Notes: a model not told the origin generated them from the sequence alone. 64,000 bases of DNA from Candidatus Eiseniibacteriota bacterium (GCA_963792585.1 CAWBWI010000003.1:1216001-1280000); one strand, 5' to 3'. Positions 33,411 to 44,486 are shown, numbered from the stretch's first letter. Made by a program: numbers and translations.

Positions 33411-33452
33411 GTTCGAGCAATTTCCTGTCCGAGGAACGACTGGGGGGCCATC
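33411..33452 (+). repeat. Degenerate tRNA-Asn-like 3' end (att-like relic), copy 2
   Basis: GTTCGAGCAATTTCCTGTC is identical to 11092-11110, followed by CGAGGAACGAC and TGGGGGGCCATC (copy 1: TGGGGAGCCATC). Confidence 0.55.
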
Positions 33453-33559
33453 GAGCCGACGCAGCCCGCGGCCATCCGATCCGAGCCCGTTTCAGAGCAA
33501 GTCTCACTCCAATGAGGCCAGGTCTCCCGGAGAGCGTCTTCTTCTCGCAGGCGGTGATC

Positions 33560-34204
33560 TCACCAGAGCGGCAGCTGCCGCCCGGCATCGAGCCCGTCGC
33601 AGGCGGCTTTCGCGATAACCCGCTCGACAGGGTGAACCGTATGGCCCGCGCAGCCAATCGGCGCGGCGACGTTTCGGGCTTCGCCGAACCCCCGCGCCTC
33701 GGCGCGCAGGCGCTCCAGCTTCGCGCGCAGGGCGGGCGCTTCCCGGCTCCCGGTGTAACCGACCAACGAGAGATCGGCGCCTACCACCCGGTGGCACGGG
33801 ATGATCGGGTACAAGGGATTCGTCGCCATGATATGCCCGACCACGCGTGCCTCGGTACCCGCCGCAGCGGCGATGTCTCCGTACGTCGCTACGAACCCGC
33901 GCGGTATCAGCGAAGCGACGTGCGCCACCGAGGCGAGGGGCTCGCCGACGCAGTCCGGGCACAGTTCGAAGAACGGCGCCTCCTCCTCCCCGCCATCGAG
34001 CCGCGCCAGCAGGCGTACCACGCCGCGCGCATACTCCGAACCCTCCTCGACCATCCGGTACTCACACTTCCGCGGAAGGGAGACCCGCAAGGACGACGCC
34101 GCATTCTCGCGATCCGTGCCCGTCGCGGTGGCGACGAGACGGTTGCCGTGATGCGCGACCCCGAACCACGGCCCGCGCACATGCTCGATCCAGACGGAGA
34201 TCAC
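33560..34204 (-). CDS. Methylated-DNA--protein-cysteine methyltransferase (Ogt/MGMT family)
   Basis: IPRGFVATYGDIA, ARVVG, NP..IIPCHRVV, L.GY.G. Confidence 0.88.
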   Translation of the reverse strand: MISVWIEHVRGPWFGVAHHGNRLVATATGTDRENAASSLRVSLPRKCEYRMVEEGSEYARGVVRLLARLDGGEEEAPFFELCPDCVGEPLASVAHVASLIPRGFVATYGDIAAAAGTEARVVGHIMATNPLYPIIPCHRVVGADLSLVGYTGSREAPALRAKLERLRAEARGFGEARNVAAPIGCAGHTVHPVERVIAKAACDGLDAGRQLPLW

Positions 34205-34283
34205 GCCGAATCCTCCCCCGCGGCCCGATCATGCCGGATTTCGGGTTCGACCCCGACGACCGGCCGGTTCGAAGATCGGCACC

Positions 34284-36101
34284 TCACATGCCCACCATCG
34301 GTAAAACGACCGGGCGCGCCGCAAGTATCTTCGCCTGGTCCCGGCCGGCAGGAAGCAAGATGTCGTAGACATTCGGATTGCTGCCGTCGGCGCTGCCGCC
34401 TCCTCCGGTTTGCTCGGAAGCGTGCTCACCCACGGTGAGGAACGAACCGGCCGAGTTCTTGAAATACCTGCCTCGCTCGGCGCAGCCGCCGACGGCGACA
34501 GTGTAACGCCAGCGATCCCTGGACGTCTCCGGCTCGCTGCAGGGGATCGAGAAGCTGATCCGACGATTCGTCGCGTCGCCGAGTCGCTCGCCGACGGGAG
34601 GTCTCTTGAGGCAAGCCGTGATGCGCCCGTCGTGCACCACGGAGACGCCGCAGTCACTAACGTCGATTTCATAGTCGAAACGCCCGGCGATCGTCGCGTT
34701 GGAGCCCCAACGGAAGTTGAAGGGACCCTCCTCTCCCGGCCCCCCGCAGTCGACCGCGATACGCGTGAACGTGCCGTCAAATCCCCAATCGGAGCTATCG
34801 GGCCAATCGACCAGGTCCCGGTAGGTCATCTCGAAATAGAGCCGCCTGTCGTCCGACAAGACCCTGAATCCGGTCAGATCGAACATTCCCGGTTTGTACG
34901 TGGGTGCGAGGGGATAGGTGAAGTGGCCGTCTCCGTTGTCGTCATAGGCAGGATCGTCCATCCGGAGGATCTCGGTAGCTTGCTGATCGATACCGGGAAC
35001 GACCGTGGGCACGTCGAGACTCCGGAGCCAGTCCTTCCACTCGGTTTCCAGTTGTGGGACCTTCTTTCCGTAGATCCTTTCCAGCGCGGCCTCCAGGCTG
35101 TCGGTTCCATCCTCCCTGTATCGGTAAAGAGTCTTGTAGGCGGGGACTCCGTACCGTTCGATCAGGAAGCCGGTGAGGGCGGCGGCTTCGGCGTATGGGT
35201 CGTTCATGTCTTCCGCCGACCAGAATCCACTTTCGTCGAGCAGCGTTGCGAGGGGCATCGCTTCAGAATTCTCGACGAGGGCCTTGGCCCAGGCGAGCTG
35301 CGCGTCACGCGTGACCAGAGTCGCGCCGCCGAAGTAGCAGGCCGCGCCTTCGAAGATAGGAGAGTCCGGTTGACGGCGGCTGGTCTGTCCGATCAGCACA
35401 TGGACCACTTCGTGAAACGACTTCCATCCCAGTGCCGCGACGATCCAATTCTCAATACCGGCGCGGCCGGCGGCCGGACCCGAGGCCATGAGCGCGCCCA
35501 CGGTCTTGATCGAGTCGCACATGAAGTAGTCGATGCGTCGATCCAACCCAATGCCGAGACGCGAAGAGGTCTCGCTGTAGATCTCCTCCAGTTCCTCCGC
35601 TTGATCGTCCGTCAGCCGCGCGCCCTTCGGGTAGTGACAGACAAAGTGCCGGGTCGTCCTTTCCTGCCATCCATCGATCAGGACCTCGACAGGGTTCGCC
35701 AGGAGCGCCTGCGGCGCATGGACGACGTAATAGGTCCGGCCGGGTGGGCCGCTCCACGCAGTTTCTTGCCAGTGCGGAGAGGTGACGTGCAACGCGGTGT
35801 ACTTGCCGCAGTCCTTAACGTCCACGATCTCCAACGAGTCCTGGCGCGCGGCCGCAACCGCTTGATGGAAGTACATGTTGAAGTCAAAGACGGGATATCG
35901 TCGAGCCGACTCCGTCCAGCATGCCCTCGCCTTCTCTTCATCGCCCTCTCTCAGAGCGCTCTGATAGTCCTGCCACACGACGATCGCGCTCTGGGTTCTC
36001 TGGTTCACGGAGGGTGCGGTGTCGTCCTTCGAGGCCTGCGCGGTTGGAATGGGGGAGGACGGCCATACGAGCAGGGCAAAGATGAGGGTCGCGACCTTCA
36101 T
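34284..36101 (-). CDS. Secreted protein with gluzincin-like HExxH domain and glucodextranase-type DOMON-like domain
   Basis: Signal peptide; HEVVH followed by FEGAACY; C-terminal DPAYDDNGDGHFTYP..GMFDL.GF.V..PNVYDIL. Confidence 0.7.
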   Translation of the reverse strand: MKVATLIFALLVWPSSPIPTAQASKDDTAPSVNQRTQSAIVVWQDYQSALREGDEEKARACWTESARRYPVFDFNMYFHQAVAAARQDSLEIVDVKDCGKYTALHVTSPHWQETAWSGPPGRTYYVVHAPQALLANPVEVLIDGWQERTTRHFVCHYPKGARLTDDQAEELEEIYSETSSRLGIGLDRRIDYFMCDSIKTVGALMASGPAAGRAGIENWIVAALGWKSFHEVVHVLIGQTSRRQPDSPIFEGAACYFGGATLVTRDAQLAWAKALVENSEAMPLATLLDESGFWSAEDMNDPYAEAAALTGFLIERYGVPAYKTLYRYREDGTDSLEAALERIYGKKVPQLETEWKDWLRSLDVPTVVPGIDQQATEILRMDDPAYDDNGDGHFTYPLAPTYKPGMFDLTGFRVLSDDRRLYFEMTYRDLVDWPDSSDWGFDGTFTRIAVDCGGPGEEGPFNFRWGSNATIAGRFDYEIDVSDCGVSVVHDGRITACLKRPPVGERLGDATNRRISFSIPCSEPETSRDRWRYTVAVGGCAERGRYFKNSAGSFLTVGEHASEQTGGGGSADGSNPNVYDILLPAGRDQAKILAARPVVLPMVGM

Positions 36102-36344
36102 GTGACTTGTCTCCTGTCAGGTCGGATCTCGGCAGGGGACCGCTTGCCGTGGCCCCGTGCGACCGTGGGAGGTTCCGGCGGGTAAGTATAGACGACCTGG
36201 GTGTCCCATGCAGCCGAGCCTCCGGCCAATCGCGGGGTGAAAGCCGTTGCCGGCGCACCGGATCCGGAGACCCACCGTGCCGCGTTCGCCGGGCGACTCG
36301 GTCGACGGGACTCCGGACCGGCGGCGCCAAGATCGCCCGCGACA

Positions 36345-37775
36345 TCAGTCTGCCGGCGCGATGTTCGGATTCCGCCGGAAGAAGTTGTCCGGATCGTATT
36401 TCGCTTTGATTCTGCGCAGCCGATCCATGTTCCCGCCGTATGCCTTTGTGGTCAGCGCGGTCGCCGCTTCGTCCGCCTGCCCGGTGAAGTTCGTGTAGGT
36501 CGTCCCGGTGGAGAACGGGGCGATCTGATTGAAGCTCTCGCGGACCCAGGCGACGTTCGCCGCGTTCTCGGACGGATTCTCCCAGTTGCCGTCGATCGAC
36601 GACAGCCACTGCGCCGAACGCTCGGCGAAAGCCGTGTCGGCCGCGGCGACCTTGTTGATGGCGCCACCCATGAGGAACGTCACGACGAGCGTGAGCGGCG
36701 ACGGCCGCTGGTTCGCGCGCGCCGCGATGATCCGAATGACGTCGTCGGGCAGATCGGCCAAGTACTGGGCCTTCCAGTAACTCTGGTACTTTCCCATTGG
36801 GAAGAAGGGATCGAACGCCGCCTGGACCGCCGAGAACGGCATCGGCTGCGAGATGTCGGCCAGGGGGGAGCCCAGCTCGCGCAGAGGATTCAAGACCTTC
36901 ATACCCTCCTCCGGGGATCCCGCGTAGACGCCACCGACGACAAGGCAGGCTTGGTTGTGGATCGGCTCCGGCAAACCCGGAGCGGCCGGCATCGTGATCG
37001 CCAGCGCCAGCGACGACACCTCGTCGGGCGCGTTCTTGCAGTAGTCACGCCAGCGGGGGAGGATCGTGGCGGCATCGGCGGCTCGGTAGAAGATGCCGGC
37101 GAACGCCACGATCGGGCCCAGTGGGCGGGTCTGGAACTCGAACGACGTGACGACTCCGAAGTTGCCACCGCCGCCGCGGAGCGCCCAGAACAAGTCGGGC
37201 TCAGAAGTGGCCGATGCCGTCTTCACCGTACCGTCCGCGCAGACGACACGTGCCGACAAGAGGCTATCGATCGTCAGGCCGAACTTGCGTCGGACCCATC
37301 CCTCGCCGCCGCCCAGGGTCAGCCCGCCGATGCCTGTTTCCGAGATGATCCCGCCCGGCACAATCCGGCCGAACGGCTGCGTCTCCCGATCGACGTCGCC
37401 CCAGAGAGCGCCACCCTGAGCGCGCGCGATGCCCGTCGCGGGATCGAAATCCACCGCGCGCATCCGCGTGAGATCGATGACGAGTCCGCCGTCGCAACTC
37501 GAAAGTCCGGCCACCGAATGTCCTCCGCCCCGGATGGCCACCAGAAGACGGTGCTGGCGGGCGAACTTCACGGTATCGACCACGTCCGCCGTACCCGAGC
37601 AACGTACGATCAACGCGGGCCGGTAGTCGTGCATGGCGTTGTAGATCGGCTTATCGGAGTACCCGGGGTCCCCGGGCATCTGCGCGTCTCCCCGGATGGT
37701 CGTCCGGAATTGTTCCAGCGCCGCGTCATCGACGTTCGTGCGCCCCCCGTCCAATGACATGATGGATATCGACAT
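36345..37775 (-). CDS. FAD-binding oxidoreductase (BBE/VAO family)
   Basis: RGGGHS, GGLTLGGG, DLFWALRGGGGNFGVVT, Y.NF, K.KYDP.N.F. Confidence 0.92.
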   Translation of the reverse strand: MSISIMSLDGGRTNVDDAALEQFRTTIRGDAQMPGDPGYSDKPIYNAMHDYRPALIVRCSGTADVVDTVKFARQHRLLVAIRGGGHSVAGLSSCDGGLVIDLTRMRAVDFDPATGIARAQGGALWGDVDRETQPFGRIVPGGIISETGIGGLTLGGGEGWVRRKFGLTIDSLLSARVVCADGTVKTASATSEPDLFWALRGGGGNFGVVTSFEFQTRPLGPIVAFAGIFYRAADAATILPRWRDYCKNAPDEVSSLALAITMPAAPGLPEPIHNQACLVVGGVYAGSPEEGMKVLNPLRELGSPLADISQPMPFSAVQAAFDPFFPMGKYQSYWKAQYLADLPDDVIRIIAARANQRPSPLTLVVTFLMGGAINKVAAADTAFAERSAQWLSSIDGNWENPSENAANVAWVRESFNQIAPFSTGTTYTNFTGQADEAATALTTKAYGGNMDRLRRIKAKYDPDNFFRRNPNIAPAD

Positions 37776-38124
37776 GAATCCCCCTGGAGGCTTCCCACCT
37801 CGCGTCTGAAGTGCACTTCCCAACGCGCGGCCCTCGATCCAACAGAACGAAAGATGATACACGAGACGTCTCGAGTTTCGGAAGGTGAGTTCGGTGGTTC
37901 GTGACCCTCGCCTACCCGCACGACCACAAATCCCTGCCTCAGTGCCCGGTTGGGAGTCAACGCGGAGGCCGGCGGGCGTCCCCCGGTTCGTTTCTCGTCC
38001 TCGGTGCTCGGAAACGGTTCCTCCCGAGGGCAGGCCGCGCACGGGGGCGCCGCAACCGCCACGCTCTCCGGGCTCTCCGGACGCCGGCTTGCACGCACAA
38101 CCGTCCCAGGCTAGTTTTGCGTCG

Positions 38125-39354
38125 ATGGCACAGGGAAAGAGTCAGGGGACTCCGTCGTCGTCAAGGGGCCCCCTCCTGATTACGGAGCGATACCTACCCC
38201 ATCAAGGCGGCTCGCGCCGCTACTACCACGAGCTCGCGCGACGGCTTCCCGGCTGCACCGTGCTGACGGGGCATGAGCCCGGTGAGCGGGAGTTCGACCG
38301 TGATGCCGGGGTGAGAATCGTGCGCCGGCCGGGTATTCGTGGGGATACCTCGCGGAAGGGATTCCGGACGAAGTCCGCATTGGTCAATGTCCTCATCCTG
38401 GTGGTTCCCAAGTGGCTTGCGATCCTGGCGTGGACGTCCATCGAGATTGCCCGGCAGAGACCCCGCCTGATTCACGCGGGGGGCCACTTCTATCCGGGTG
38501 GATCGGTGAGGGTCATTCGTTCCTTGCTCGGGATTCCATACGTCGTCTACGTGCACGGAGAAGACATCTCGGCCGACATGAACTCGCGACACTTCGCGAA
38601 GTACATGAGGTGGGTGTTCCGGGGGGCGTTGCGCGTCGTTGCCAACTCGGAGACTACCGCAGCAATGGTCGAGAGAAACGGCGTCGAGCGCGCCCGAATC
38701 GTCGTAGCCCGACCGGGGATCGATCCTGCCCGGATCGGCGCCGTCACGGGGGACCGGGATCGGCAGGATGCCCGGGCACGCCTCGCGGTGGGCCCGGGTC
38801 CAATCCTCCTGTCGGTGGGACGCCTCGCGCGTCACAAGGGGTTCGAGACGGTCGTTCGATCCCTGCCGATCCTGGAAAAGGCCTGGCCCAAGATCGCCTA
38901 CCTCGTCGTGGGGGAGGGAGACGAGAAGGACCGGTTGGCGGGAATCGCAGCCGACCTGGGGGTTCGAGAGCGCGTAACATTCCTCGGCGTACTGGACGAT
39001 CGCGGTCTCCGCGACGCATTCGCGTCGGCCGATCTCTTCACGCAGCCGAATGGGGAGTTTCGTGGTGTGAGCGAGGGATACGGCATGGTCTACCTGGAGG
39101 CGGGCGCCGCGGGTCTGGCCGTGATCGGCGGGCGAAGCGGCGGGGTCGTCGAAGCCGTCGTCGATGGCGTGACCGGTCTTCTGGCGACCCCCTGGGACGT
39201 CGACGATTTCGCATCCCTCGTCACGCGACTGCTGGAGGATGACGACCTCCGGCACGGGATGGGTGAGGCGGGACGGCAGCTCGCCCAGGAGAGGACCTGG
39301 GACAGAACGCTCGCGCCGGCCCTTCAGATCGAGGCGGAGTTGCGCCAGAGATGA
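38125..39354 (+). CDS. Glycosyltransferase family 4
   Basis: YVHGED, ANSETT, SVGRL..HKG, EGYGMVYLEA, GG..EAV.DG.TG. Confidence 0.9.
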   Translation: MAQGKSQGTPSSSRGPLLITERYLPHQGGSRRYYHELARRLPGCTVLTGHEPGEREFDRDAGVRIVRRPGIRGDTSRKGFRTKSALVNVLILVVPKWLAILAWTSIEIARQRPRLIHAGGHFYPGGSVRVIRSLLGIPYVVYVHGEDISADMNSRHFAKYMRWVFRGALRVVANSETTAAMVERNGVERARIVVARPGIDPARIGAVTGDRDRQDARARLAVGPGPILLSVGRLARHKGFETVVRSLPILEKAWPKIAYLVVGEGDEKDRLAGIAADLGVRERVTFLGVLDDRGLRDAFASADLFTQPNGEFRGVSEGYGMVYLEAGAAGLAVIGGRSGGVVEAVVDGVTGLLATPWDVDDFASLVTRLLEDDDLRHGMGEAGRQLAQERTWDRTLAPALQIEAELRQR

Positions 39355-39364
39355 GTCGTCATCC

Positions 39365-40396
39365 ATGTTCGACGGAGGTCAAATCGAAAGGCTGGCAGTC
39401 ATGACGAGCACCCATGACAGATTCCTGGGCGACGCAGGATTCGTTCGTGTCCTGTCCGATCTCTCGCTCAAATCCCTCGACGTCGGCGCACGCGGAGGGT
39501 TCCTTGCGGACCTCCTTCCCCTCGCGCGCAGCATCGACGCGATCGGTTTCGAGCCGGACGTCGAGGAGTGCGACAGGCTGAACGCTGCGGTGAGCAGCCA
39601 GGGATCCCCGTGGAGGAGCCTCGTCTTTCTGCCGATCGCCCTGGGAAGAGCCGAGGAGTCGCGAACGCTCCATCTTTACCGGGAGCGAGGATGCTCGTCT
39701 TTGCTCGAGGCGGATCTCGATCTGGCCCGGCAGTACACGCGCGAGGACTACTTCATCCTCGACGGGACAGTGCCGGTACGGACCGTCCCCCTCGACACCG
39801 CGGCGGCGCACCACGGCTTCCAGGACGCGGTGTTCATGAAGATCGACATCCAGGGCGCGGAGCACGAGGTGTTCGCTTCGGGGAGCCGGCTTCTCTCCGA
39901 GAGCCTGTTGGCGCTTCGCGTCGAAGTCGAATTCGAGAAGCAATACCGCTTCCAGGCGTTATTCTCGGATATCGACGCCCTCCTGCGTTCGCACGGCATG
40001 GTGCCGATGGATTTCATAAGCCTCTCGGAATGGCGCCGGAGCACGAAGGTCAAGTATCCCGAACTGAAGGCCGGTCCGATTCCGTACTCCCGCGGGCAGC
40101 TCATCCACGGGGACGTCCTCTACTTCAAGGACCCGGCGCGCATCGATGGCGCCTCGGAAAGCGCGGTGCTCACACAGATCAAAGCCGCGTTCCTGGCGCT
40201 CGTCTACGCCCAGGTCGACCATGCCGCCTTCCTTCTTGTAAAAGACCCGGTCCGTAAGTACCTCGAGGCCCGTCATGCGATCGACGTCATGAAGTCATTG
40301 GACAACGTGTCGCGTCACCTCGGCCGAGCGAATCGTAGCGAACGTCTGTGGAACGCCCTGCGGGAGATCAAGGCCCTGATCGGGATTCGCCTGTAG
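39365..40396 (+). CDS. FkbM family methyltransferase
   Basis: LDVGARGG, GFEPD, FMKIDIQGAE, EVEF..QY..Q.LFSDID. Start uncertain. Confidence 0.87.
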   Translation: MFDGGQIERLAVMTSTHDRFLGDAGFVRVLSDLSLKSLDVGARGGFLADLLPLARSIDAIGFEPDVEECDRLNAAVSSQGSPWRSLVFLPIALGRAEESRTLHLYRERGCSSLLEADLDLARQYTREDYFILDGTVPVRTVPLDTAAAHHGFQDAVFMKIDIQGAEHEVFASGSRLLSESLLALRVEVEFEKQYRFQALFSDIDALLRSHGMVPMDFISLSEWRRSTKVKYPELKAGPIPYSRGQLIHGDVLYFKDPARIDGASESAVLTQIKAAFLALVYAQVDHAAFLLVKDPVRKYLEARHAIDVMKSLDNVSRHLGRANRSERLWNALREIKALIGIRL

Positions 40397-40548
40397 CGGG
40401 CCGATCCCAGTATACGTCGGCCGAAAGCACGCTTCCGAGAGTCACGCTGTCCCGGCCCCGACGCCCCACAGGGGAAGGCGCCCCTCCATGACGAGTTCTC
40501 ATCCTGGAATGGGCGCCTTATCGTGGGTCCGAATCCGGAAGATAGGCT

Positions 40549-42411
40549 CTAACCAGCCTTGCGCCACCCCGCCTCGTCCTCGGATGGATCGGACGACCTC
40601 CAAGCCGGTTCGGCATGGGCATTGCCGGCCTTGGTGGTTCGGAAGGTGGAAACCAACCGGTTCATCTCCTGCGCGCTGCTCGACAGCTCTTCGGAAGCGC
40701 TGACCGATTCTTCGGCGCTGGCCGCCGCCTGTTGCGTCACCTGGTTGAGGGATTCCATCGCGCCGTTCACCTGCTCGATGCCGAGGCATTGCTGCTCCGA
40801 CGCGGCGGTGATGTCCGCGATACCCTCGCTGACCTTCTGGACGATCCCGTTGATCTCCTGGAGATTCGCAAGGACCTCGCGATTGTAGACGACTCCCTCC
40901 TCGGCGCGCTTGACCGATTCCTCGATCAGGTCCGAAGTGTTCCGGGCGGCTTGGGCGCTCCGGGTTGCCAGGTTGCGCACTTCCTCGGCGACCACGGCGA
41001 AGCCCTTTCCGGCGTCGCCGGCACGGGCGGCCTCGACCGCCGCATTGAGGGCGAGCAGATTCGTCTGGAAGGCGATCTCGTCGATCGTTCGCACGATGCG
41101 GGCGGTCTTGTCGGAGGCCCCCTTGATCTGCTCCATCGCTTCGGAGAGCCTGCCCATGCTCTCCATCCCGTGGGCCGCGCCCTGTCGGGCGGCGTCGGCA
41201 AGAGCCCTGGCCTCGCGGGCGTGAGACGTGTTCTGATTCGACATCGATGAGACTTCCTGCAGACTGCTGGAGATCTCCTCGAGCGAGGCCGCCTGTCTCT
41301 GAGCGCCGACCGCCAAGTCCCGGCTGCCGCCGGCGATGTGCTCGCTCGCGGCCTGGACCCTCTGAGCCGAGCCCGCAACCTGGGTCAGCGCGTCGTCCAG
41401 ACTCCGGATCATGCCGTTGATGTCCGCCTTCAGTTCGGCCAGCTGCCCCTGGTAATCGCCATCGACCTGTCGGGTGAGGTCCTTGGCTGCCGCAGCCTTG
41501 AGGACGACGGCCGCTTCCGTAAGGGGAGAGACAATGGCCTCCAGCGCTTCGTTGAACCCCTCGACCACGCGCCGGAATTCGCCTTCGGCGCGTTCACACT
41601 TCGTCCGCTGAGTGAGCTCCCCGCGCTTGAGGTGCTCCACCGTCCGGTTGATCTCCCGAACGACCTCGGTGGAGGATTCGATGGTCGCAGCGGCGGCCTG
41701 CCGATCCAGACGGAGCTTGGCAATCATGTCCGAGATCGACCTCGCCAGGTCTCCCAGCTCGTCCTCACGCTGCGTATTGACTTCCTGATCGAGATCGCCG
41801 CCGGCGACCTTTTGGGAAGCGTCCCGGAGCGAGGCGACCGCTCTCACCATCTTCCGCAGGACGAGAACGATCAAGCCGATGCACAGCGTCGCAAGCACGA
41901 TATTCACCAGCACGGCCAGGAGGATCATCGCCCGAATCTCGTGGTTCATCGCGTCCAGAGAGTAGACGATGACGATCTTCCCGAGGCTTTGGTCCTTGTA
42001 GGAGATGTCACGCGTGACCGTCACTTCGCCGTCGGCCTTCCGCCAGTCGACCTTCCCCTTCTGAACGTCCTGTCCGACCTGGAGACTGCGGGGGTTGTAT
42101 TCCGAGAGCAACTCGCTGTCGGCATCCAACGCCGCCAAGTAGACCACCGAGCTGTCCTCCTTGGCCCAGTTCATCGCCGCCTGTACGAGCTCCAGGTTTC
42201 CCTCGCTCAGTCCCGCGCCGATCGAGAAGGACAGCATGTCGGCGAGCAGGCCGACGGTCGCATTCGCGCGATCGAATCCCTGCTTCTGCTGCTGCAGCGG
42301 ATAGTAAATCGAGGAAAACGCAACCAGTACCAGGAGGACGGCCACAAACCCCGTAGTGAGCTTGAGGCTGATCGAACGGTTTAGCCTGCTACGAAAATTG
42401 CTCAGCATCAT
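40549..42411 (-). CDS. Methyl-accepting chemotaxis protein (2 TM, periplasmic sensor, HAMPs)
   Basis: [53 protein letters not shown]. Confidence 0.95.
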   Translation of the reverse strand: MMLSNFRSRLNRSISLKLTTGFVAVLLVLVAFSSIYYPLQQQKQGFDRANATVGLLADMLSFSIGAGLSEGNLELVQAAMNWAKEDSSVVYLAALDADSELLSEYNPRSLQVGQDVQKGKVDWRKADGEVTVTRDISYKDQSLGKIVIVYSLDAMNHEIRAMILLAVLVNIVLATLCIGLIVLVLRKMVRAVASLRDASQKVAGGDLDQEVNTQREDELGDLARSISDMIAKLRLDRQAAAATIESSTEVVREINRTVEHLKRGELTQRTKCERAEGEFRRVVEGFNEALEAIVSPLTEAAVVLKAAAAKDLTRQVDGDYQGQLAELKADINGMIRSLDDALTQVAGSAQRVQAASEHIAGGSRDLAVGAQRQAASLEEISSSLQEVSSMSNQNTSHAREARALADAARQGAAHGMESMGRLSEAMEQIKGASDKTARIVRTIDEIAFQTNLLALNAAVEAARAGDAGKGFAVVAEEVRNLATRSAQAARNTSDLIEESVKRAEEGVVYNREVLANLQEINGIVQKVSEGIADITAASEQQCLGIEQVNGAMESLNQVTQQAAASAEESVSASEELSSSAQEMNRLVSTFRTTKAGNAHAEPAWRSSDPSEDEAGWRKAG

Positions 42412-42493
42412 GTTTCTCCCTGCGCTGCTCGCGTTCGGGGGACCTGATTCCCCGGGGAATCAGGTCCCAGAATGCATAGTCCGGATCGCCGGG

Positions 42494-42934
42494 CTACTTG
42501 GTCTTGGCAATCTCGCGGACGGTGGCGTCTACCGATGCCGTGGCGATGAAGGCGATTGCCGCCGGGTTGGCGGCGAGCGCCTTCTTGACTTCGTCGTCGT
42601 TGGCGCACTTCATCGGCGCCGAGGCCTGACCGGAAAGGATCAGCTTCGTCCACTCCTTCCGGACTTGCGCGACGGAGACGCCGACGAACTTCTCATAGAA
42701 AGTCTTCGCCACCTCGGCATCCGGCTGATCGATCACCTGCACCTTGTTTCCATCAGGCCACATCAGCTTGACGCCGACGAAGTAGCTCTTCGCCTCCGCC
42801 TCGGTGGGCGTGTACTTCGACGCCTTCGAGACGACAACGCTGACCTGTGCGTGGGCCAACGCGCTCGAGAGGAGCACGAGGGCGACGGCCAGGAGCAGCG
42901 CTCTCCGGTTGAAAATGCTTCGCACCTTACGCAC
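42494..42934 (-). CDS. Small periplasmic binding-protein-like protein (single PBP2/PstS-like domain)
   Basis: Signal peptide; VSVVV, W.DG, FY.K..G.S, W.KLI.SG.A..P, V...LA.NP.AI.FI; GTG after GGAGG. Confidence 0.75.
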   Translation of the reverse strand: MRKVRSIFNRRALLLAVALVLLSSALAHAQVSVVVSKASKYTPTEAEAKSYFVGVKLMWPDGNKVQVIDQPDAEVAKTFYEKFVGVSVAQVRKEWTKLILSGQASAPMKCANDDEVKKALAANPAAIAFIATASVDATVREIAKTK

Positions 42935-43015
42935 GACTGTACCTCCTGCAGGTTTGCGGTGAGGGCGGGCGGATCCACGAGGGCCCTTCTTCACCGTACA
43001 TACCGGGTGACCCAT

Positions 43016-44248
43016 CTAGAAAATGTACGAGACGTCGAAGCGGAGTTCAGGATAGGTGACATTCCGCCCGCCGAGCTCGTACCGATGTTGACTTCCATCG
43101 AGCTTGACCGCGACCTGGGGGAGCGGACGGTACAAGACGCCCAGCGTCCATTTGACGAACTTCCCGTCGTCGGACACGCCGGCCTCGTTGTCGCCCCCGT
43201 AGGTCTTCTTGCCGACGGTTTCGGGGTTGCTATAGAAGTCGTACTGCATGTAGGGACCGAACTCCCCGACCCCGGACTCGATCGAGTAGCCTGCGCGGAG
43301 GTAGTACGTGTTGATGTTGTAGTCCCCGTTCGGATCGATGTTGTCGACCTTGGCCGGCTCCGCGGGCGTCGTCATGAAGCGACTCCGCTGGTTCGTATTC
43401 GGCTTCGCGCCGGTGATCATCTCGACGGTCTTCTCCGGATCACGGGTGGCACTGTGGTCCGCGTGCCAGAATTCCGACTGGACCATCACGCCCTTCAGGT
43501 TGAGTTCCGCGCAGCCACCCAGGACCCAGAACTTGTCTTCCGACATCCATGGGAGCACGCCGCTCTTGGGCGATCCTTCGCCGACGCCGACGTCGGAGTT
43601 GGCCGGCCCGAAGCTGCTGTATCCGGAGGTTCCGAATGTCAGGATGCCCGTCCCCGTCTTGTATCTGAGGTCGTACGCCATCGGGAAGGCATTCTTGAAT
43701 GGGTCTCCCTCGCCGTTGTCGGTGCTCAGGCTGTAGGAGAGAAGGCCGGACTGAACGTCGGCGGAGCCATGCATCATCAGGGTGGTCGTGCGTGAGACGA
43801 TCAGGTGATCCGAGTCGAAGAGCTCCGGAGGCTCAATGCCGTAGTAGCTTGGCACCGCGTCCAGGAGTTCGTTGTAGAGGCCGAACTTCCTGTAGACTTT
43901 GCCGAGGCGGAAGTTTGCGTACCGCGACGCGGAGAACTCGCCCCAGAAATTGCGCACGTCGAGCGCGTCACCACTCGAGCCGTTCAGATTGAGGAAGGCC
44001 TTGAAGCGCTTGTCGATCTGATGCTGCATCATCACGTTCAAGCTGGGGTTGGTCCATTCCCCGACGGATGTCTCCTTGACGATCTGGTCGCCATCCAGGC
44101 TTGGCTCGCTGAACGTCTTCTCGAAGCGCGTGGCGAAGTACCCGTAGATATTCACCCGATCATTGAAGCCCTGTGCCTCTACGGTGCCGGCGACGATGAT
44201 CGCCGTGAGCACGGTGAGAATCGGCACTAGGCAGATACGACGGTTCAT
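43016..44248 (-). CDS. Outer-membrane beta-barrel (porin-like) protein
   Basis: Signal peptide; VNIYGY; FRLGK...KFGLYNE; amphipathic strands; C-terminal RFDVSYIF beta signal. Confidence 0.78.
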   Translation of the reverse strand: MNRRICLVPILTVLTAIIVAGTVEAQGFNDRVNIYGYFATRFEKTFSEPSLDGDQIVKETSVGEWTNPSLNVMMQHQIDKRFKAFLNLNGSSGDALDVRNFWGEFSASRYANFRLGKVYRKFGLYNELLDAVPSYYGIEPPELFDSDHLIVSRTTTLMMHGSADVQSGLLSYSLSTDNGEGDPFKNAFPMAYDLRYKTGTGILTFGTSGYSSFGPANSDVGVGEGSPKSGVLPWMSEDKFWVLGGCAELNLKGVMVQSEFWHADHSATRDPEKTVEMITGAKPNTNQRSRFMTTPAEPAKVDNIDPNGDYNINTYYLRAGYSIESGVGEFGPYMQYDFYSNPETVGKKTYGGDNEAGVSDDGKFVKWTLGVLYRPLPQVAVKLDGSQHRYELGGRNVTYPELRFDVSYIF

Positions 44249-44486
44249 TGCTCTCGTCCCTCCCCCTGTGTGTGTGGCTCGGTTCCCCGCACAGGCGCCG
44301 TTCACACGCCCGACGAGCACCCGGCCGCCGTCTCCACGTTTCGATGCAGGGCGCCGACGCCGCGTCTCAGCGGAGCATCGTTTCGCCCCTTCCGGTCCGC
44401 GATCGTTTCGATCGCGGAGAGTGGAGAGCGGCTCCTTGGCAACCATGGGCTCAGGCGCATCGCGCCACCCTGAGCGCCAATCATTG

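Noticed and set aside
42494..42934. pstS of a phosphate ABC transporter
   Set aside because: Far shorter than PstS and no pstCAB in the window.
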